A stretch of 11,141 nucleotides of DNA from Octopus sinensis (lineage: Eukaryota): the NCBI RefSeq assembly GCF_006345805.1, contig NW_021827076.1:1-11141 (forward strand), read 5' to 3'. Of the stretch, positions 8,730 to 11,141 are shown in pieces. The number at the start of each line of letters is the position of its first letter. Within the stretch, counting starts at the first letter, position 1. The notes beneath the pieces are model-generated. The model was not told where the DNA came from and did no database searches. It saw only the letters and a program-made list of their open reading frames with translations. The position numbers and the translations under genes were made by a program.

Positions 8730-8939
8730 ATTTGAATTTTATTGCATTATGATTGTTTTAATTTTTCTTAAAAATTAAAAATCATATTTCTCAGAGGTAA
8801 CGAGTGGGGCATAGTAATCGCTGAGGCATGTGACATATTATAATCATACGTAATTTTTTTAATAATGTCCACATATCTTCCAAAATTTCCATTCGATGCA
8901 CTAGTCGAAGATATTCAGTTTTTAATGGATTGGTTAAAT

Positions 8940-8965
8940 CTAAAAATTCATAAATTAGTAATTAC
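8940..8965 (-). other. Integrase intron 4 (26 nt, phase 2)
   Basis: GTAATTACTAATTTATGAATTTTTAG. Removal restores QGQVER/FNQSIK. Confidence 0.9.
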
Positions 8966-9210
8966 CTCTCCACTTGGCCTTGTATCCACGGTGCGCGTGG
9001 TCTTCCACATACGTGATATATATCAAATTCAGCACATAACTCGTTCAAATGGGAATTGTTAAACTCTTTTCCATTGTCGGTTTGCAAAATAATTGGAGCA
9101 CCAATAATATAGAAAATATTTCTGAAGAGACTAGATATTTCTTTTGCTGTCTTAGTTTTAGATAATTCAACAGCTGCATACTTTGAAAACGAATCAATGA
9201 TAACAAGAAC

Positions 9211-9233
9211 CTAAAATATAACAATGGTAATAC
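9211..9233 (-). other. Integrase intron 3 (23 nt, phase 0)
   Basis: GTATTACCATTGTTATATTTTAG. Removal restores the frame to W/VLVIIDSFSKY. Confidence 0.9.
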
Positions 9234-9359
9234 CCATGAATTTGAATCGTTTAATTCCGAATATCTCCTTAAGTCAATGAGATCGGCTATGTATCTATCA
9301 CGCGGGCCTCTCGCAATGATTGGCCTAATAGGAGGTTTTGTTGCCATTAATCTCTTTGA

Positions 9360-9386
9360 CTAATCGCCTTATTTTAATTATTATAC
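9360..9386 (-). other. Integrase intron 2 (27 nt, phase 0)
   Basis: GTATAATAATTAAAATAAGGCGATTAG. Removal deletes in-frame stops and joins CVFCQ to SKRLMATKPP. Confidence 0.9.
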
Positions 9387-9509
9387 CTGACAAAAAACAC
9401 AGTTTTTAATAACATTTTCAATCTCATTTCGAGTAACACCGTAAATTTTTTCTGACAGCTGACTAATCATTATTCTATCTCTGCCAAAATGATTAGAATT
9501 ATGTGCCTT

Positions 9510-9536
9510 CTAAACATAAGGAGATTTATAGATAAC
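9510..9536 (-). other. Integrase intron 1 (27 nt, phase 0)
   Basis: GTTATCTATAAATCTCCTTATGTTTAG. Removal deletes an in-frame TAG and joins MIE to KAHNSNH. Confidence 0.8.
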
Positions 9537-9739
9537 CTCAATCATTGTTAGCTTTAGTTCTTTCTCTTCTATACAAAAAAATCTGAGTAAGCAATTGTTT
9601 TTTCGAATAAATGCCTTTCCGTCAGAGAATTCAAATTTTTTTGCGTGAATTCTAAATCTATGCTTTTCTCTTTTTTCAATCACTTCATCTAGATCCCTCA
9701 ACTCTTTGATTTTTTTAATTTTTTGAAGATTAGCATTTG

Positions 9740-10151
9740 GCTGAAGACTAAGCTATGGATAATGGATTTGGATGGTCGTGAGTTCGATTCCGAAGGAGGA
9801 CAGTTTTCATCCTGGGGCTAATTCTCGTTATCGTTCCCCTGCCCGTGAGGCAACGAGTACTTCTGGCACGACACAGTTGGAAATGGGGATCTCTTACCTT
9901 CCGGGCTTAGCGTGGCGTTACGGGGTCCACCATGTCAGTTGGAAATTCCTTCGGATATGGCAACGCTCAGGAGGCACTTAATGCCTTCCGAAAAAGGACT
10001 CTTAGCTTCTCAGACCCTGGGACATCGTCGTCTCAGGCCGATCTTGCGGGAAGGATTGAACCTTTCAGAAGGATCTCCCTCGTTTGGATCGGCGATCACG
10101 GGATTAACTATAATTAACTGGCTTGCCCGTATTGGTCTTTAAATAATAATA
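9740..10151 (+). mobile_element. 412-bp retroposed insert with a (TAA)n tail; SINE or truncated LINE 3' end
   Basis: 11-bp TSD ATTAGCATTTG (9729-9739, 10152-10162). Ends ...CTTTAAATAATAATA. Pol III box-B-like GTTCGATTC at 9782-9790. Removal restores the integrase start MGFVVLSNAN/LQKIKK. Confidence 0.8.
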
Positions 10152-10299
10152 ATTAGCATTTGAAAGTACAACGAAGCCCATTTTTTATGTTGAATTTAAT
10201 TAATTAATTATTACAATAATATAATAAAAAATAAAACCAATTTTTATTTTTTAATGAAAATAAATTATTTTATCCATTTTTTATTTTAATATACGCACC

Positions 10300-10340
10300 T
10301 GGTCCTTCCAAAAACCGGGTCTGCTCAGAAACCGGTCACA
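10300..10340 (-). repeat. Terminal inverted repeat of the Ginger-like element (upstream of the integrase gene)
   Basis: Reverse complement reads TGTGACCGGTTTCTGAGCAGACCCGGTTTTTGGAAGGACCA; followed on the + strand by ATAAA. Confidence 0.9.
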
Positions 10341-10479
10341 ATAAATAACAACAAATGAATAAATTATTGGGAAGGGAATTGAGGAGGTCCAACAAAGGGC
10401 CCACAGATTAACCGATCGTTGGTCGCACGCAAATTTAAACTGTGAGGTTTTTCGAATATATTTTTTACATTAGCATTAA

Positions 10480-10873
10480 AATAAAGATTATTTCCTGTGT
10501 TGGAAAGTATGTCGAAGGACATGCTTGTCTCAGGAAAGATCCCAAAGAGGGGGAGGAGTATTGTCATCGGGTTGTGCCAGGGTTAGTGTCCTTCAAAATT
10601 TGCGTTTCCATGTTCAGTTTCTAGCTTGTAGTCACTATTTCTCTCCAGTCTTCCATATGATTGCGAATCCATGAGTAAATGTATATGAGCAGTTTTGCAG
10701 AGAATTTAGTCTATTTGATTGAATAATTTATGTAAAATTGAATCACGGCAATTTCAGGAGGGACTTCACCATCTCAACAAAAAAAATAAATATTATAATT
10801 AAAATAATTATATAATTAAAATTAATATATATTTTTAATGGATAACCGTATTTTAATAAAGATTATTTCCTGT
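10480..10873 (+). repeat. 19-bp perfect direct repeat, 375 bp apart
   Basis: AATAAAGATTATTTCCTGT at 10480-10498 and 10855-10873. Confidence 0.85.
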
Positions 10874-10957
10874 TTTTATTGTCATTGTGTGTTGTGGTTT
10901 TTTGTTTTGTTTTATATTTATATTGATAATGTATTTATATTCAATTTTATTGATATA

Positions 10958-11141
10958 TTATTATTATTATTAGCACTGTCATAGGAACATAATGTAATTT
11001 AAACTAATTAAGTTCCCACATGTGCCACATATGAGACTATCTTTTCGGTCATAATTTTCCATGATGTGCGGTTGTATGCTATACTCCTGAGAGTATCTAG
11101 GTCGTCTCCATTTTTCAGTTGTCTTTTAACGCGTTGTAGTT
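10958..11141 (-). mobile_element. 3' end of an RTE-like LINE (runs off the right edge)
   Basis: Minus-strand frame LQRVKRQLKNGDDLDTLRSIAYNRTSWKIMTEKIVSYVAHVGT* (stop 11008-11010) resembles the RTE C-terminal A-x-(D/N)R-x-x-W motif. It is followed by a 35-nt UTR and a (TAA)5 tail at 10958-10972. Confidence 0.65.

Larger units (their letters stand above)
3988..8835. mobile_element. Non-autonomous TGT...ACA DNA transposon (MITE-like, core about 0.9 kb) expanded by two CRE insertions
   Basis: 40-bp imperfect TIRs (33/40 ungapped; outer 10 bp TGTCACATGC perfect) at 3988-4027 and 8796-8835. 5-bp TSD TATTA at 3983-3987 and 8836-8840. Excision restores the integrase motif YN/KTVHATT. Confidence 0.88.
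8836..10181 (-). pseudogene. Ginger/Gin-type integrase (KRBA2/SCAND3-like), N-terminal and catalytic part, with 4 introns and one insertion
   Basis: Segments 10181-10152, 9728-9537, 9509-9387, 9359-9234, 9210-8966 and 8939-8836 translate to MGFVVLSNANLQKIKK...MIEKAHNSNHFGRDR...NCVFCQSKRLMATKPPIRPIIARGPRDRYIADLIDL...WVLVIIDSFSKY...LQTDNGKEF...GRPRAPWIQGQVERFNQSIKN*ISS...ITYDYN. This contains an HHCC zinc-binding motif and a D,D(35)E triad. In-frame TGA at 8915-8917. Confidence 0.9.
970..10340 (-). mobile_element. Ginger-like (integrase-type DDE) DNA transposon disrupted by nested insertions; ancestral length about 1.77 kb
   Basis: 41-bp inverted repeats (37/41 identical) start TGTCA / TGTGA. 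An identical 5-bp ATAAA flanks both ends (965-969, 10341-10345). A reconstructable integrase gene lies between them, starting about 120 bp inside one TIR and ending about 360 bp inside the other. Confidence 0.85.

Noticed and set aside
8915-8917. TGA read as Trp (alternative genetic code)
   Set aside because: It is a single case. Other Trp codons in this gene are TGG and the 1000-codon CRE ORF has no in-frame TGA, so a TGG>TGA mutation or sequencing error is simpler.
9741-9800. CTGAAGA as a hammerhead ribozyme core, or a tRNA gene at the head of the 412-bp insert
   Set aside because: No GAAA core or flanking stems were found, and the cloverleaf and T-stem do not pair.
1479-10151. The large insertions being removed as introns or by programmed DNA elimination
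   Set aside because: Their minus-strand boundaries lack frame-restoring GT...AG pairs, and they carry ordinary TE hallmarks (TSDs, tails, TIRs).
970-10340. The 41-bp inverted repeats as outward-facing GG-starting (Merlin-like) ends of two separate elements
   Set aside because: The inner 22 bp are the best conserved, which fits this reading. However, the shared ATAAA flank, TGT...ACA termini and enclosed integrase favour one element, and no transposase was seen outside the repeats.

Overview
AT-rich eukaryotic DNA made almost entirely of transposable elements, with no recognisable host gene. The core is a nested structure. A Ginger-like DNA transposon (970-10340) has 41-bp TGT...ACA TIRs and a 5-bp ATAAA TSD. 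Its minus-strand DD(35)E integrase gene carries four tiny GT-AG introns (23-27 nt) and has been split by four separate insertions, each flanked by a direct repeat. The insertions are an R4/Dong-like RT fragment (1479-2292), a deleted APE-type LINE (2400-3901), a TGT...ACA non-autonomous element (3988-8835) and a (TAA)n-tailed SINE/LINE-like piece (9740-10151). Removing them and splicing the introns by hand gives one continuous frame of about 367 codons (ATG 10181 to TAA 1371) with a single internal TGA, in an element of about 1.77 kb. The 3988-8835 insert carries a higher-order telomere-like array (TTAGGG/TAAAGG/TTGGGG), a near-intact CRE-clade retrotransposon with an N-terminal PHD finger, and a second CRE fragment. 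The window edges hold the 5' end of a BED-finger hAT transposon (1-227) and the 3' end of an RTE-like LINE (10958-11141). The host cannot be identified from this sequence.
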